A stretch of 64,000 bases of DNA from a bacterium (lineage in GTDB: Bacteria > J088 > JAWLBW01), in contig JAWLBW010000001.1 in NCBI GenBank assembly GCA_041687475.1, positions 4,703 through 68,702 on the forward strand, given 5' to 3'. Made by a program: the position numbers and the translations under genes. Positions within the stretch are counted from its first letter, which is position 1. Each line of letters starts with the position of its first letter. The notes below the pieces were generated by a model, which made no database searches, was not told the DNA's origin, and saw only the letters and a list, made by a program, of their open reading frames with translations. Shown piece by piece: positions 45,238 through 55,119 of the stretch.

Positions 45238-45924
45238 ATGATTGAATCGGGGCTGGGTGAACTCTATGAGTTCTGGGGTATTGTCGTCTCGACACTTTTG
45301 CTGGGCATCGGACGCCTGCACGGTCAGAAATCGAGCGGCAACGGCGAAGCCGATGAAGATGCCCTGCTGGTCGAGCGGGCGCGAGAGGGCGATCAGTATG
45401 CGTTCGACCGCCTGATACATAAGTACCAGAGCCGTATCTATCAGTTCTGCTATCGCATGCTGAGCGATCCTGATGAAGCCGAAGAGCTGACGCAGGACGT
45501 CTTCGTCAAGCTGTATCGCAACCTCAAGCGATTCCGGTACGAGTCCAAGTTCAGCACCTGGCTCTTTCAGATTGCCAAGAACCTCACTCTCAATAAGCTT
45601 AAATACCTGAAGCGCAGGCACTTTTTCGCCAACCAGAGTCTCGATGAACCTCGCCGAACCGGCGACGGCGAAATCAGGTTCGAGGTGGCCGACGAAACCT
45701 GCGATCTCGAGGCGGCTTATGAAAACCTCGAGTTGCAGCAGCTGGTACAGACAAAAATCGCACAGTTGCGGCCCGAGCACAGGGTCGCACTGGTCCTTCG
45801 CGACATGGAGGGCCTGCGCTATGATGAGATAGCGCGAATCCTCAACCTTGCCGAGGGTACGGTCAAGAGCCGGATTCACCGGGCGCGCCTCGAGCTACGC
45901 GACAGCCTCGAAGGGCACATTTAG
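45238..45924 (+). CDS. ECF-type RNA polymerase sigma factor
   Basis: Region 2 (LTQDVFVKLYRNLKRF) and region 4 HTH (LRDMEGLRYDEIARILNLAEGTVKSRIHRAR). The true start may be downstream of 45238. Confidence 0.75.
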   Translation: MIESGLGELYEFWGIVVSTLLLGIGRLHGQKSSGNGEADEDALLVERAREGDQYAFDRLIHKYQSRIYQFCYRMLSDPDEAEELTQDVFVKLYRNLKRFRYESKFSTWLFQIAKNLTLNKLKYLKRRHFFANQSLDEPRRTGDGEIRFEVADETCDLEAAYENLELQQLVQTKIAQLRPEHRVALVLRDMEGLRYDEIARILNLAEGTVKSRIHRARLELRDSLEGHI

Positions 45925-45936
45925 GGAGGAGTCGGA

Positions 45937-46620
45937 GTGGATTGCCGAACCGTTCGGGAAATCTTTTTCGAGCAGCTGGACGACCCTGCCGCCTCTCGCC
46001 CCGCGCTTGCCGCTCATCTGCAGCGCTGTGCGGGCTGTCGCCGTGAGTGGGAAGCTTACCGGCAAACCGTGAAGCTTCTCGGCCGGATACCTGCTCCTGC
46101 CTTGTCGCGCGATCTCAGCGATGGGATACACCAGAGACTTAGCGCGACGACGCCCCTGCGAGAGCTGCTTCGTCCCCTGCATGCGGGAATTCTCGCCGCC
46201 GCGGGGCTGGCTGTTATTCTGCTCCTGGTTGCGCTGCCTCTTCCGGGCGAGGGGCTCGTGTCTGTCTGGCCCAGGGCCTTCGTCGACCGCGATGCCGACG
46301 TGACGGTTCTCGCCGACCCGTCTTCCGACGTTTTCTCTCTCGTTACGTGGAAGCCGGTGGCTTCACGGAAAGAGCTCCTGGCCGAATTGGGCGCTGACCG
46401 CCTGGAATCGTGGCCGAAGCAGGCGGGCGAACTCGATGCATGGCCCGCCCTGCTTCTCGTTCCGGTAGAGGGCGCCGGTGGGTTGCCTGATGCTGCAGAA
46501 ACCGCGTTTCTCATGGCAATGGCCCGGAGTCTGTTTCAGGCAGACGGCAACAGGGTGATGGTCGGCGATGCCGAAACGGGAGCCGAAGACGGTGTGCGGC
46601 TTTACGGGCTTGCTTATTGA
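45937..46620 (+). CDS. Putative anti-sigma factor (zf-HC2 type, single TM)
   Basis: GTG start 9 nt after the sigma factor stop. HLQRCAGCRREW zinc-finger-like motif and TM helix GILAAAGLAVILLLVAL. Confidence 0.55.
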   Translation: MDCRTVREIFFEQLDDPAASRPALAAHLQRCAGCRREWEAYRQTVKLLGRIPAPALSRDLSDGIHQRLSATTPLRELLRPLHAGILAAAGLAVILLLVALPLPGEGLVSVWPRAFVDRDADVTVLADPSSDVFSLVTWKPVASRKELLAELGADRLESWPKQAGELDAWPALLLVPVEGAGGLPDAAETAFLMAMARSLFQADGNRVMVGDAETGAEDGVRLYGLAY

Positions 46621-47675
46621 CTGAGGGCCGAGCGACGGGCGGTATCGGCAAGATCGCGCAGCATGCGCCGGACCACGACCTGCCCGTTGCCTTCATAGGC
46701 CGTAAACCGAACGGTACTGGCGTCGTCTGCGCTTCCAACCCACTCGCCGCGAATCTGAACGACGCCGTACTCGTTCGGCAGCATCAGTTTCAGATGCACG
46801 GGGGTGCCGGGTTCGGGCTTGCGTGCCGGAACGAAGCGCAGGCGTGCGCCCAGGGCGTGCAGGCTGGCAAGACGGGTTTGAAACTCACCCTGGCCGCCGA
46901 TTCGAATCGTCGCCGGCAGAGCCAGGCTCAGCGTCAACGGGTTCTCGGCGATATCTTCGATGAGTGTCTGCAGCGTCTGGGTTGATACCGGGCGCTCGAG
47001 TACTTTGTTGGCGCCTGCCCTGAGAAACTTCTCGGAAAGGTGGGCATCGTCGGCCGAAAGCAGGGCGATGGCCTGGGTTGCCTTGAGCCGCCCCACTTTC
47101 TTGAGCTGTTCGAGCAGGCCGAGGTCGCGCGGGTTACCGTCGAGCATGACGATTTCCGGCAGTTCGAGACGGCAGGTTTCGAGCAGATTGGCCGCGCTTA
47201 CCGAGCGAACGGCAAAAACCCCGTTGTCGAGCAGACGTGCAAGCGCGCCGGCTTCTTCTTCGTCCAGCGCCGTAACGACGAGCAGGCGTGCGGGCAGCAT
47301 GTTCGTGGTGCGAATGACGATGCGAAAACGTGTGTCGCCCGCCTGAAAACTGTCGCCGTCTTTCATGTTGGCCACGGTGACCCAGCGACCGCGGAAAATC
47401 GTGCCGTTGGCGCTTGCCAGATCGTGCAGCACGACACCGCCGCGCACCACTTCGACCTGGAAGTGCTTCCGGCTCATCGTCGGATCTTCGACGACCACGT
47501 CGGCGTCGCCGCGACCGAAAATGGTGCGCCGACGCTGGAGCGTCACGATTTCCTGGCGCCCGGCATGCTGCACGACCACCTGCACGTCGATTTCCTGCGG
47601 CAGGGTATCGAGGTCGGGGCGTGCTGCTTTCAGGGCAGTGGTATAGTCACCGGCCATAAGTTCGTATTCTACCAA
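46614..47675 (-). CDS. FHA domain plus receiver-like domain protein with an uncharacterised C-terminal domain
   Basis: FHA signature TIFGRGDADVVVEDPTMSRKHFQV...ASANGT. The middle segment is REC-like (LLVVTALDEEE...IVMLD...ALLSADD...K). Confidence 0.6.
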   Translation of the reverse strand: MVEYELMAGDYTTALKAARPDLDTLPQEIDVQVVVQHAGRQEIVTLQRRRTIFGRGDADVVVEDPTMSRKHFQVEVVRGGVVLHDLASANGTIFRGRWVTVANMKDGDSFQAGDTRFRIVIRTTNMLPARLLVVTALDEEEAGALARLLDNGVFAVRSVSAANLLETCRLELPEIVMLDGNPRDLGLLEQLKKVGRLKATQAIALLSADDAHLSEKFLRAGANKVLERPVSTQTLQTLIEDIAENPLTLSLALPATIRIGGQGEFQTRLASLHALGARLRFVPARKPEPGTPVHLKLMLPNEYGVVQIRGEWVGSADDASTVRFTAYEGNGQVVVRRMLRDLADTARRSALSQ

Positions 47676-47723
47676 TCAGCCGTGACGGGCCACAAGCGGC
47701 GAAGCGCTCTGCCCGGCGGCAAC

Positions 47724-48428
47724 TCACGCGACGAAGGAGCGTACCCTCTGCGCCGCCGCCGCCACGCGTTGCGCTTCGCGGCCTTCGATGGTGATGCGCA
47801 CCTGGCTGCGGTCATCGTCACCGGTTCCCGGATAGGAGCCGATTGCGACCTGCGGAAACTCATCCTGCACACGGCGAAGAAAGCCGGCGATTTCTCCCTC
47901 GTCGCGATTGCAGACGACTTCTTCGAGATACACAGGGTCGCCTCGGAATAGCTTGGCCAGGTGTTCCAGCGCGATCTGAAACAGGGCCGGAATCCCGGGA
48001 AGCACGTAGACGTTCTCGACCGAGGCGATGGGAATGGGCAGGTCGGGGTCCAGGTGGACATGGGTGTTTTCAGGAAAGCGGGCCATTCGCAGGTGGTCGT
48101 CGGTCAGGCGTTCGCCGAAATAGCGCTCGAGAAGCGATGCCACGTGGGTATCTTCGGTCAGGGCGGTCCCGAAGGCCTGCGACACTCCCTCGTAGGTCAC
48201 ATCGTCATGGGTCGGGCCCACGCCCCCCGAGGTGATGACGACGTCGAAATTCCGCGCGCAGGCGCGTACCTCATCGGCAATAAGGTTTACCTCGTCTGGT
48301 ACGATGGCAACGCGACGAAGGTCGGCTCCGACGCGGCGCAGCAGGCCGATGGCGAACTGCGCATTCCGTTCCTGCACCTTTCCGCTGAGAATTTCGTTTC
48401 CGATAACGACGATGGCGACACTGGGCAT
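47724..48428 (-). CDS. CinA N-terminal-like/MoCF-binding (molybdopterin-binding fold) protein
   Basis: VAIVVIGNEILSGKVQERNAQF and ITSGGVGPTHDDVT motifs of the MoaB/MogA/CinA fold. Confidence 0.6.
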   Translation of the reverse strand: MPSVAIVVIGNEILSGKVQERNAQFAIGLLRRVGADLRRVAIVPDEVNLIADEVRACARNFDVVITSGGVGPTHDDVTYEGVSQAFGTALTEDTHVASLLERYFGERLTDDHLRMARFPENTHVHLDPDLPIPIASVENVYVLPGIPALFQIALEHLAKLFRGDPVYLEEVVCNRDEGEIAGFLRRVQDEFPQVAIGSYPGTGDDDRSQVRITIEGREAQRVAAAAQRVRSFVA

Positions 48429-48530
48429 GGTGCACTCATTCTACCAAGCACGCGAACGGGCCGAAACGGTGGGGCGGCAAAGGTGAAGCAAGACCGGCCG
48501 ACAAGAATGCTGCGACGCGGTGGCGCTGCT

Positions 48531-48539
48531 TGTTATAAT
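48531..48539 (+). promoter_or_regulatory. Extended -10 promoter element TGTTATAAT upstream of rng
   Basis: A perfect TGnTATAAT on the plus strand about 200 nt upstream of the rng ATG, in an otherwise GC-rich intergenic region. Confidence 0.35.
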
Positions 48540-48741
48540 GGTCGTTTCGGGCTTTCTAGGCCCAACAGTTTTCATATTTTGCGGTATTCGGTATGGCCTG
48601 CCGAACGCAGCCGAATGTCAGCAGGCCACCGGGTAGAAGCCGCACCGCTTTGACGCCAGTTCGTCATTCTGCAAGCGGATACAGCCTCCCGAATCTGCCG
48701 ACTCCTGCGTGCGGTCGCTCGTGCAGTTTGCAGAGGACATC

Positions 48742-50247
48742 ATGACCCCCAGTGAAATCATTATCAACGCCAACCCGATCGAGACGCGCGTCGCCTTGAT
48801 GGAAGGCGGTGCCGTAGTCGAGCTTTTTGTCGAGCGTCCCGGCGAGGCGGGCGGCTCGGTCATCGGCAACATTTACAAGGGCCGCGTTTCACGCGTGTTG
48901 CCGGGCATGCAGGCCGCCTTCGTCGACATCGGGCTCGAGCGGGCGGCCTTTCTGTACGTGAGCGACATTCTGGAGGAACTCGAGCGTTACAAGGACGACG
49001 ACGCCGAGAGCAGCCAGGTCATGGAGCGCGAAAAGGACAAGGAAAAAGAGCGCATTCAGGATCTGCTGAAGGAAGGTCAGGAAGTGCTCGTTCAGATTGC
49101 CAAGGATCCGATCAGCACGAAGGGTGCCCGCATCACGAGCTACCTTTCGATACCCGGTCGGTACCTGGTGCTGATGCCCACGGTCAACCACGTCGGTGTC
49201 AGCCGGCGAATCGACGACCCGCAGGAGCGCGGACGGCTGAAGAGCATCGTAAACCGACACCGTGAAGACGGCATCGGGTTCATCGTGCGCACTGCCGCCG
49301 AAGGTCGACCCGAAGAAGACATTCGCAGCGATGTCGAGTACCTGACCCGCACCTGGCACACCATTCAGGAAAAGTTCCAGCGTCAGAAGGCGCCCAGCGT
49401 GATTTTCAGCGATCTCGATCTCTCGCTGCGCGCCGTGCGTGATCTTTTCGGGCCCGATGTGGCGCGAATCGTAATCGACGACGATCGTGAGTATGCAAAG
49501 GTGAAGGGCTTTGTCGATCGCATGCTGCCTCATCGCTCGGCCGACATCATTCACTATCAGGGACGCGAGCCCATTTACGAGAAATACCAGATCGAACCGG
49601 CTCTGAACGAAGCGCTGGGCACCAAGGTCTGGCTGAAGAGCGGCGGTTACCTCATCATCGAGCAGGCCGAGGCGCTGACGGCCATCGACGTCAATACCGG
49701 CAAGTTCGTCGGCAAGCGAAATCTTGAAGAAACCATTCTCAAGACGAACCTCGAAGCAGCCAAGGAAGTCGTATACCAGCTGCGCCTGCGTAACATGGGC
49801 GGCCTCATCATCATCGACTTCATCGACATGAACAAGGCCGCCAACCGCGACAAGGTGTACGGCGCGCTGCGCGATGCCCTTCGTCGCGACAAGGCCAAGA
49901 GCAACATTCTCAAGATCAGCGAGCTCGGGCTTGTCGAAATGACCCGCAAGCGCACGCGTGAAAGCCTCATGCGCACGCTTGCCGATGCATGCCCGTATTG
50001 TGACGGTAAGGGTTACGTCAAGAGCGAGAAAACGGTATGCGCCGACATTTTCAGGGCGCTGGCGAAGGAGTTGCCTACGTTGCGCGACCGTAAGGTGACC
50101 GTGAACGTCAATCCGGCCATTGCCGACCGCCTGTACGACGAAGAACGCCGTGCGATTGAAGAGCTCGAGAAACGGTTCAACAAACGAATAACCGTGCGAA
50201 AGAAGGAGCTGCATCGCGAACAGTTCGAAATCGAGAACCTTCTCTGA
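48742..50247 (+). CDS. rng: Ribonuclease G (RNase E/G family catalytic domain)
   Basis: S1 domain, RNase E/G family catalytic domain with conserved acidic residues, and the Zn-link-like CPYCDGKG. Confidence 0.85.
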   Translation: MTPSEIIINANPIETRVALMEGGAVVELFVERPGEAGGSVIGNIYKGRVSRVLPGMQAAFVDIGLERAAFLYVSDILEELERYKDDDAESSQVMEREKDKEKERIQDLLKEGQEVLVQIAKDPISTKGARITSYLSIPGRYLVLMPTVNHVGVSRRIDDPQERGRLKSIVNRHREDGIGFIVRTAAEGRPEEDIRSDVEYLTRTWHTIQEKFQRQKAPSVIFSDLDLSLRAVRDLFGPDVARIVIDDDREYAKVKGFVDRMLPHRSADIIHYQGREPIYEKYQIEPALNEALGTKVWLKSGGYLIIEQAEALTAIDVNTGKFVGKRNLEETILKTNLEAAKEVVYQLRLRNMGGLIIIDFIDMNKAANRDKVYGALRDALRRDKAKSNILKISELGLVEMTRKRTRESLMRTLADACPYCDGKGYVKSEKTVCADIFRALAKELPTLRDRKVTVNVNPAIADRLYDEERRAIEELEKRFNKRITVRKKELHREQFEIENLL

Positions 50248-50267
50248 AGTCTCGGGAGATTCATCGC

Positions 50268-50894
50268 ATGCTGCTGCTTGATCTCGACGGAACGCTTGTC
50301 GACTCGTTGCACGACCTTGCCGTCTCGCTGAACCATACCCTGCACACCTTCGGCCTGCCCGAACGCAGCCTGGCCGAGGTGCGTGCCTTCATCGGCGAAG
50401 GCGTAACCGTTCTTCTCGGGCGCGCGTTGGCAACCGAAGATGCCGCCACGCTGGAAGAGGGTCGAAGGCGGTTTTTCGAACACTACCGTGAACATTGCCT
50501 CGACGACACACGTGTCTTTGCCGGTTGGGAGCCGGTTCTCGAAAGCGATCTGCCCCTGGCGGTGCTGACGAATAAACCCGAAAGGTTCGCCCGGCGAATT
50601 CTCGAAGGGCTTGGGCTGCACAAGCGGCTGGCCATGATCGTCGGCGGCGACACGCTTCCGGTACGCAAGCCCGACCTGGGGGTGCTCGACCACATGACCG
50701 AGGCCCTGGGTGTGGCGCGTGAGCGCTGCATCATGGTAGGCGACGGTCTACCCGATGGACGCATCGCGCAGGCTGCAGGCATTCCGTTCTGGGCCGTTCG
50801 CTGGGGTTACGGAAGTGAAGAGAGCCTCGCTCCGTATGCCACGCGATGGCTCGCTGATCCGCGGGAGATCATCGAACTCACGGAAACCCGCTGA
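50268..50894 (+). CDS. HAD-superfamily hydrolase (phosphoglycolate phosphatase-like)
   Basis: Motif I LLLDLDGTLVDS, motif II LTNK, motif IV GDGLPD. Confidence 0.7.
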   Translation: MLLLDLDGTLVDSLHDLAVSLNHTLHTFGLPERSLAEVRAFIGEGVTVLLGRALATEDAATLEEGRRRFFEHYREHCLDDTRVFAGWEPVLESDLPLAVLTNKPERFARRILEGLGLHKRLAMIVGGDTLPVRKPDLGVLDHMTEALGVARERCIMVGDGLPDGRIAQAAGIPFWAVRWGYGSEESLAPYATRWLADPREIIELTETR

Positions 50895-52250
50895 ATGTTT
50901 CGACCTCGATCGGTACCGATTGCCTCGGCCCTGCGCCGAGTCATTGCCTCGGGCGATCGCAGCCGCCTCGAAAAGGCCCTGGCGATACTGCACCCCGCCG
51001 ACCTTGCGCAGATTGTTCCCGAGCTTGCGGCCGACCAGCGCAAAAACGTCATCGAGGTTTTGCTGAAGCTTCGGAAGGCGGGAGCCACGCTGAGCGAGCT
51101 TCCCGAGGGCTGCCTGCACGACATTCTCGAAGAACTCGACGACGCGGTCGTACTCGAGGTCGTCAAGCGGCTTCCTCCCGACGATGCGGTCGACCTGATT
51201 CAGGACCTGCCCGAAGAGCGCTCGCTGCGCATTCTCAACGGACTCAATATCGGAGCAGCCAGAGAGCTGCGCGAATTGCTGGTCTATTCGCCGGAAACAG
51301 CCGGCGGCATCATGACCACCAAGTTTTTCGCGCTGCGCGAAGCCGACACCGCCGGTCATGCCGTCGCGGCACTGCGTGGTTCACGACAGGAAAGCGGCCT
51401 GTATTATCTTTATGTGCTCGACGAAGAGGGGCGGTTACGCGGTATTCTCTCGTTGCACCAGTTGCTGCTGGCCGAAGAAGATACGCGCGTATCCGAGCTG
51501 ATGAACGAGCGGGTGACCACCATTCATCCCCGAGCCTCGCAGGAAGAGGCCGCCCGCCTCATCGCCAGATACAACCTGCTGGCGTTGCCGGTCGTAGACG
51601 ATGCCGGTTACATGCTCGGGGTAATCACGGTCGACGACGTGGTCGATGTCATTCAGGAAGAGGCCACCGAAGACATTTACCGCATGGCCGGTATTTCCGA
51701 GGGCGACAATGTCTTCACCGGCTGGAACGAGTCGGTTCGCCTCAGACTACCCTGGCTGACGCTGAACCTGGCCACCGCAGTGCTCGCCAGTCGCGTCGTG
51801 GCCCTGTTTGAGCCGGCGCTCGAGGCCGTCGCGGCCTTGGCGGTCTTCATGCCCATCGTCGCCGGCATGGGTGGCAATGCGGCAACCCAGACAATCACCA
51901 TCGTTGTGCGTGCCATTGCCCTTGGCCAGCTTGACTCAGGCGTGCGGCGCACGGTAGCGAAGGAAGTTCTCGTCGGTCTGGTCAACGGTGTGTTTGTAGG
52001 CATCGCGGGGGGAATCATCGCGTGGCTGTTGACCGATAAAATCATCTTCGGAGTGGTTCTCTGCCTGGCGATGATTGTGAACACCCTGGTGGCGGCCCTG
52101 GCCGGAACGCTCATTCCCTTCACCCTGCGCGCGCTGCGCCTTGATCCGGCCATTGCCAGCAGTATTTTCGTAACCACCTTGACCGACATTTTCGGCTTTT
52201 TCGCCTTTCTCGGCCTGGCCACGGTTTTCCTGCAATATCTGACGGGGTAG
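50895..52250 (+). CDS. mgtE: Magnesium transporter MgtE
   Basis: MgtE N-domain, tandem CBS domains, C-terminal 5-TM MgtE domain. Confidence 0.85.
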   Translation: MFRPRSVPIASALRRVIASGDRSRLEKALAILHPADLAQIVPELAADQRKNVIEVLLKLRKAGATLSELPEGCLHDILEELDDAVVLEVVKRLPPDDAVDLIQDLPEERSLRILNGLNIGAARELRELLVYSPETAGGIMTTKFFALREADTAGHAVAALRGSRQESGLYYLYVLDEEGRLRGILSLHQLLLAEEDTRVSELMNERVTTIHPRASQEEAARLIARYNLLALPVVDDAGYMLGVITVDDVVDVIQEEATEDIYRMAGISEGDNVFTGWNESVRLRLPWLTLNLATAVLASRVVALFEPALEAVAALAVFMPIVAGMGGNAATQTITIVVRAIALGQLDSGVRRTVAKEVLVGLVNGVFVGIAGGIIAWLLTDKIIFGVVLCLAMIVNTLVAALAGTLIPFTLRALRLDPAIASSIFVTTLTDIFGFFAFLGLATVFLQYLTG

Positions 52251-52306
52251 GCGCCGAAAGTGCCGCGCCGTACCCGCCCGTGCCAGAATGGTCAAGAGGT
52301 ACGTCG

Positions 52307-52549
52307 ATGTTTCTGGAAGTCGTCATTTTTGTCACGGCGCTTCTCGGCCTTGCCCTGGTGGCCTGGTTTCTGTGGCAGCCCTGGCGGCGGGGCGAAGAAG
52401 ACCTGCCCGAAACCTTTCTGCGACCGCATTCGCAGGAAGGCTTTGAGAACCTGTCTGCAGGCGATCTGCATCAGGTCGAAGACGAAGACAACGAGAGATT
52501 GCGCGAAGCAGGGCATACGCCTGCATCGCCGCCGACCGCCGAGCCTTGA
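52307..52549 (+). CDS. Small single-TM protein (80 aa) with an acidic tail
   Basis: MFLEVVIFVTALLGLALVAWFLW followed by an acidic C-terminus. Weak call. Confidence 0.3.
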   Translation: MFLEVVIFVTALLGLALVAWFLWQPWRRGEEDLPETFLRPHSQEGFENLSAGDLHQVEDEDNERLREAGHTPASPPTAEP

Positions 52550-52597
52550 GGCTTCGTTCCCTTGCGGCTGTGCGGGGCAGGCGGTACTCTGACTTGA

Positions 52598-53473
52598 ATG
52601 GCAGCCTACCGCTCGGTTTACCTCGAATCACCCCAAGGCCGTTACCACGCTCTGCAATCGGAATCGTTGCCGGCGCGGTTACTCATGCTGCACGCCAACG
52701 GCTTCAACGGTGGAACGTACCTTCCTCTGCTGCAGCGCATAGCGCCTGAAGGCGACTGGGTTGCGCCCGACTTTCGCGGCCACGGCGCCTCGTTCACGCC
52801 TCGCCGGCTACGTAACTGGAATGCTTTCGTCGACGACGTGCTTACCTGGAAGGACGCAGGCTGGTTCGAGAAACCGGTTGTAATGGGGCATTCCTTCGGC
52901 GGCGTAACGGCCATACAGACCGAGGCGGCGGCGCCGGGCACCTTCCGGGCCATCGTGCTGCTCGACCCGGTGGTGTTTCATCCGCGCATGCTGCCGGTGC
53001 TTTCCCTTGCCGTCTTCCCGTTCATGGCGCGCCGGGTGCCCATCGTCAAAGGGGCGATGGCGCGGCGCATGGAATTTCCCAGTCGCGAGGCCATCGTGGC
53101 ATCGTATGCGCGCAAGCGCACCTTCGCCGCATGGCAGCGGGAGTTTCTTGAAGCCTACGTCGAATGGGGCACGCGTGAGATAGACGACGGCGTGCGTCTT
53201 TCGTGCGACAAACGAATCGAGGCCCGGATTTTTTCAACCTGGCCGCTTCTGTTCTGGACGCGCCTGCGGCGGGTACGCTGCCCCGTGCTCATCCTGCGCG
53301 GAGAAACCAGCGATGCCTTCTCTCGCGATACGGCACGGCTTCTTGCCCGGCGTCTGCCAACGGCAAGGCTCATCGAGATTCCGCAATCGGGGCATTTTCT
53401 TCCCATGGAACAACCCCAGGCGGTGGTGGAAGAAGTACAGCGCTTTTTCCGCGAACTGGATCCGGCCGCCTGA
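52598..53473 (+). CDS. Alpha/beta-fold hydrolase
   Basis: Nucleophile elbow GHSFGG, acid D and His (GHF) in canonical order. Confidence 0.7.
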   Translation: MAAYRSVYLESPQGRYHALQSESLPARLLMLHANGFNGGTYLPLLQRIAPEGDWVAPDFRGHGASFTPRRLRNWNAFVDDVLTWKDAGWFEKPVVMGHSFGGVTAIQTEAAAPGTFRAIVLLDPVVFHPRMLPVLSLAVFPFMARRVPIVKGAMARRMEFPSREAIVASYARKRTFAAWQREFLEAYVEWGTREIDDGVRLSCDKRIEARIFSTWPLLFWTRLRRVRCPVLILRGETSDAFSRDTARLLARRLPTARLIEIPQSGHFLPMEQPQAVVEEVQRFFRELDPAA

Positions 53474-53503
53474 GGCGGCTTCGATTTCTTAAAGGAGTAC
53501 CCA

Positions 53504-54274
53504 ATGAATCTGAAAGATACGGTTGCCATCGTTACCGGCGGCGCCTCCGGACTCGGTCAGGCGACGGTTCGTCGCATCGTGCAGGAAGGCGGACGCGTCG
53601 GCATTCTCGACCGCGAAAATTCCGACGGCGCCAAGCTTGCAGAGGAACTGGGCGATGCCGCCCGTTTCGTGCCGGCCGACGTTACCGATCCCGCCGCTGT
53701 CGAAAAGGCCGTCGATGCCGTGGTCGAAGCTTTCGGAAAGCTTACCGCAGCCGTGAACTGCGCCGGCGTGGGCATGGCCGGCCGCGTACTCTCACGCGAC
53801 GGAGCGCCGCATGATTTCAACGTCTTCACGACGGTCATCCAGATCAATCTGATCGGTACCTTCAACGTACTTCGTATTGCCGCTTCGCGTATGGCCCGGA
53901 ATGAGCCCGACGCCAACGGTGAACGGGGCGTGGTCGTGAACACGGCATCCATTGCCGCGTACGACGGCCAGATTGGCCAGGTTGCCTATGCCGCTTCGAA
54001 AGGCGGTGTCGTGTCCATGACCCTGCCCATTGCCCGTGACCTTGCCAAGTGGGGCATTCGCTGCTGCACCGTGGCCCCGGGCACCTTCAGCACGCCGATG
54101 ATGGCCATGGTGACCGATGAGTTCAAGAAGGAGCTCGAGGGCAACATTCCCTTTCCCAGTCGCATGGGCGATCCGGCCGAATTCGGCCATCTGGTTTCAC
54201 ACATTATCGCGAACCCGTACATCAACGGCGAAACCATTCGCATCGACGGCGCTCTGCGCATGCCGCCGAAATAA
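53504..54274 (+). CDS. SDR, 3-hydroxyacyl-CoA dehydrogenase type-2-like
   Basis: TGGASGLG, NCAG, catalytic YAASK. The overall pattern resembles HSD10/FadB2-type enzymes. Confidence 0.75.
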   Translation: MNLKDTVAIVTGGASGLGQATVRRIVQEGGRVGILDRENSDGAKLAEELGDAARFVPADVTDPAAVEKAVDAVVEAFGKLTAAVNCAGVGMAGRVLSRDGAPHDFNVFTTVIQINLIGTFNVLRIAASRMARNEPDANGERGVVVNTASIAAYDGQIGQVAYAASKGGVVSMTLPIARDLAKWGIRCCTVAPGTFSTPMMAMVTDEFKKELEGNIPFPSRMGDPAEFGHLVSHIIANPYINGETIRIDGALRMPPK

Positions 54275-54345
54275 AAATGCAGTATCCGGGGGGAAGCCGA
54301 AAATGCTTCCCCCTTTTTGTATCCCTCCCGCCTTCAGAGGCTGCC

Positions 54346-55110
54346 ATGGTCAGAGTAGAAAAGAGCGGACCGGTGACGACCGTCATTCTGCACCGGCCCG
54401 AACATCGCAATGCCGTCGACGGACCTACGGCGCAGGCGCTGGCCGATTCCTTTCGCTCCTTTGAAAACGACGGTGACGCAAGGGTTGCCGTACTCTGGGG
54501 CGAGGGCGGCACCTTCTGTGCCGGCGCCGATCTCAAGGCTTTCGGCACGGAGAGAATGAACCGTATCGACGCCGACGCAGACGGGCCCATGGGGCCTTCA
54601 CGCATGCTTCTCTCGAAGCCGGTTATCGCTGCCGTTTCGGGGCATGCCGTGGCGGGGGGACTCGAGCTGGCCGCCTGGTGCGATCTGCGCGTCGTCGAAG
54701 AAGACGCGGTCATGGGGGTCTTTTGCCGCCGATGGGGCGTGCCTCTCATCGATGGGGGAACCGTTCGGTTACCACGCTTGATCGGTCTTTCGCGTGCGCT
54801 CGACCTCATTCTTACCGGGCGCCCTGTCACGGCACGCGAGGCCGAGGCCATGGGCCTTGCCAATCGTGTGGTTCCGCAGGGGCGGTCGCGTCAGGTCGCC
54901 GAAGAGTTGGCCGCCGAAATCGCGTCGTTTCCGCAGACATGCCTGCGCAACGATCGTCGCTCGGCGTGGGAACAGGATGGGCGAGACCTTTCCGCCGCGC
55001 TGGAACGCGAATTCGAGCTGGGACTCGATTCGCTCAACAGCCCCGAGATTCAGGAAGGCGTGGGTCGTTTCCGCCAAGGGGCGGGTCGCCACGGAAAGTT
55101 CAGCGAGTGA
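54346..55110 (+). CDS. Enoyl-CoA hydratase/isomerase (crotonase fold)
   Basis: Oxyanion-hole region FCAGADL and AAVSGHAVAGGLELA. Confidence 0.75.
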   Translation: MVRVEKSGPVTTVILHRPEHRNAVDGPTAQALADSFRSFENDGDARVAVLWGEGGTFCAGADLKAFGTERMNRIDADADGPMGPSRMLLSKPVIAAVSGHAVAGGLELAAWCDLRVVEEDAVMGVFCRRWGVPLIDGGTVRLPRLIGLSRALDLILTGRPVTAREAEAMGLANRVVPQGRSRQVAEELAAEIASFPQTCLRNDRRSAWEQDGRDLSAALEREFELGLDSLNSPEIQEGVGRFRQGAGRHGKFSE

Positions 55111-55119
55111 GAACCGGGC

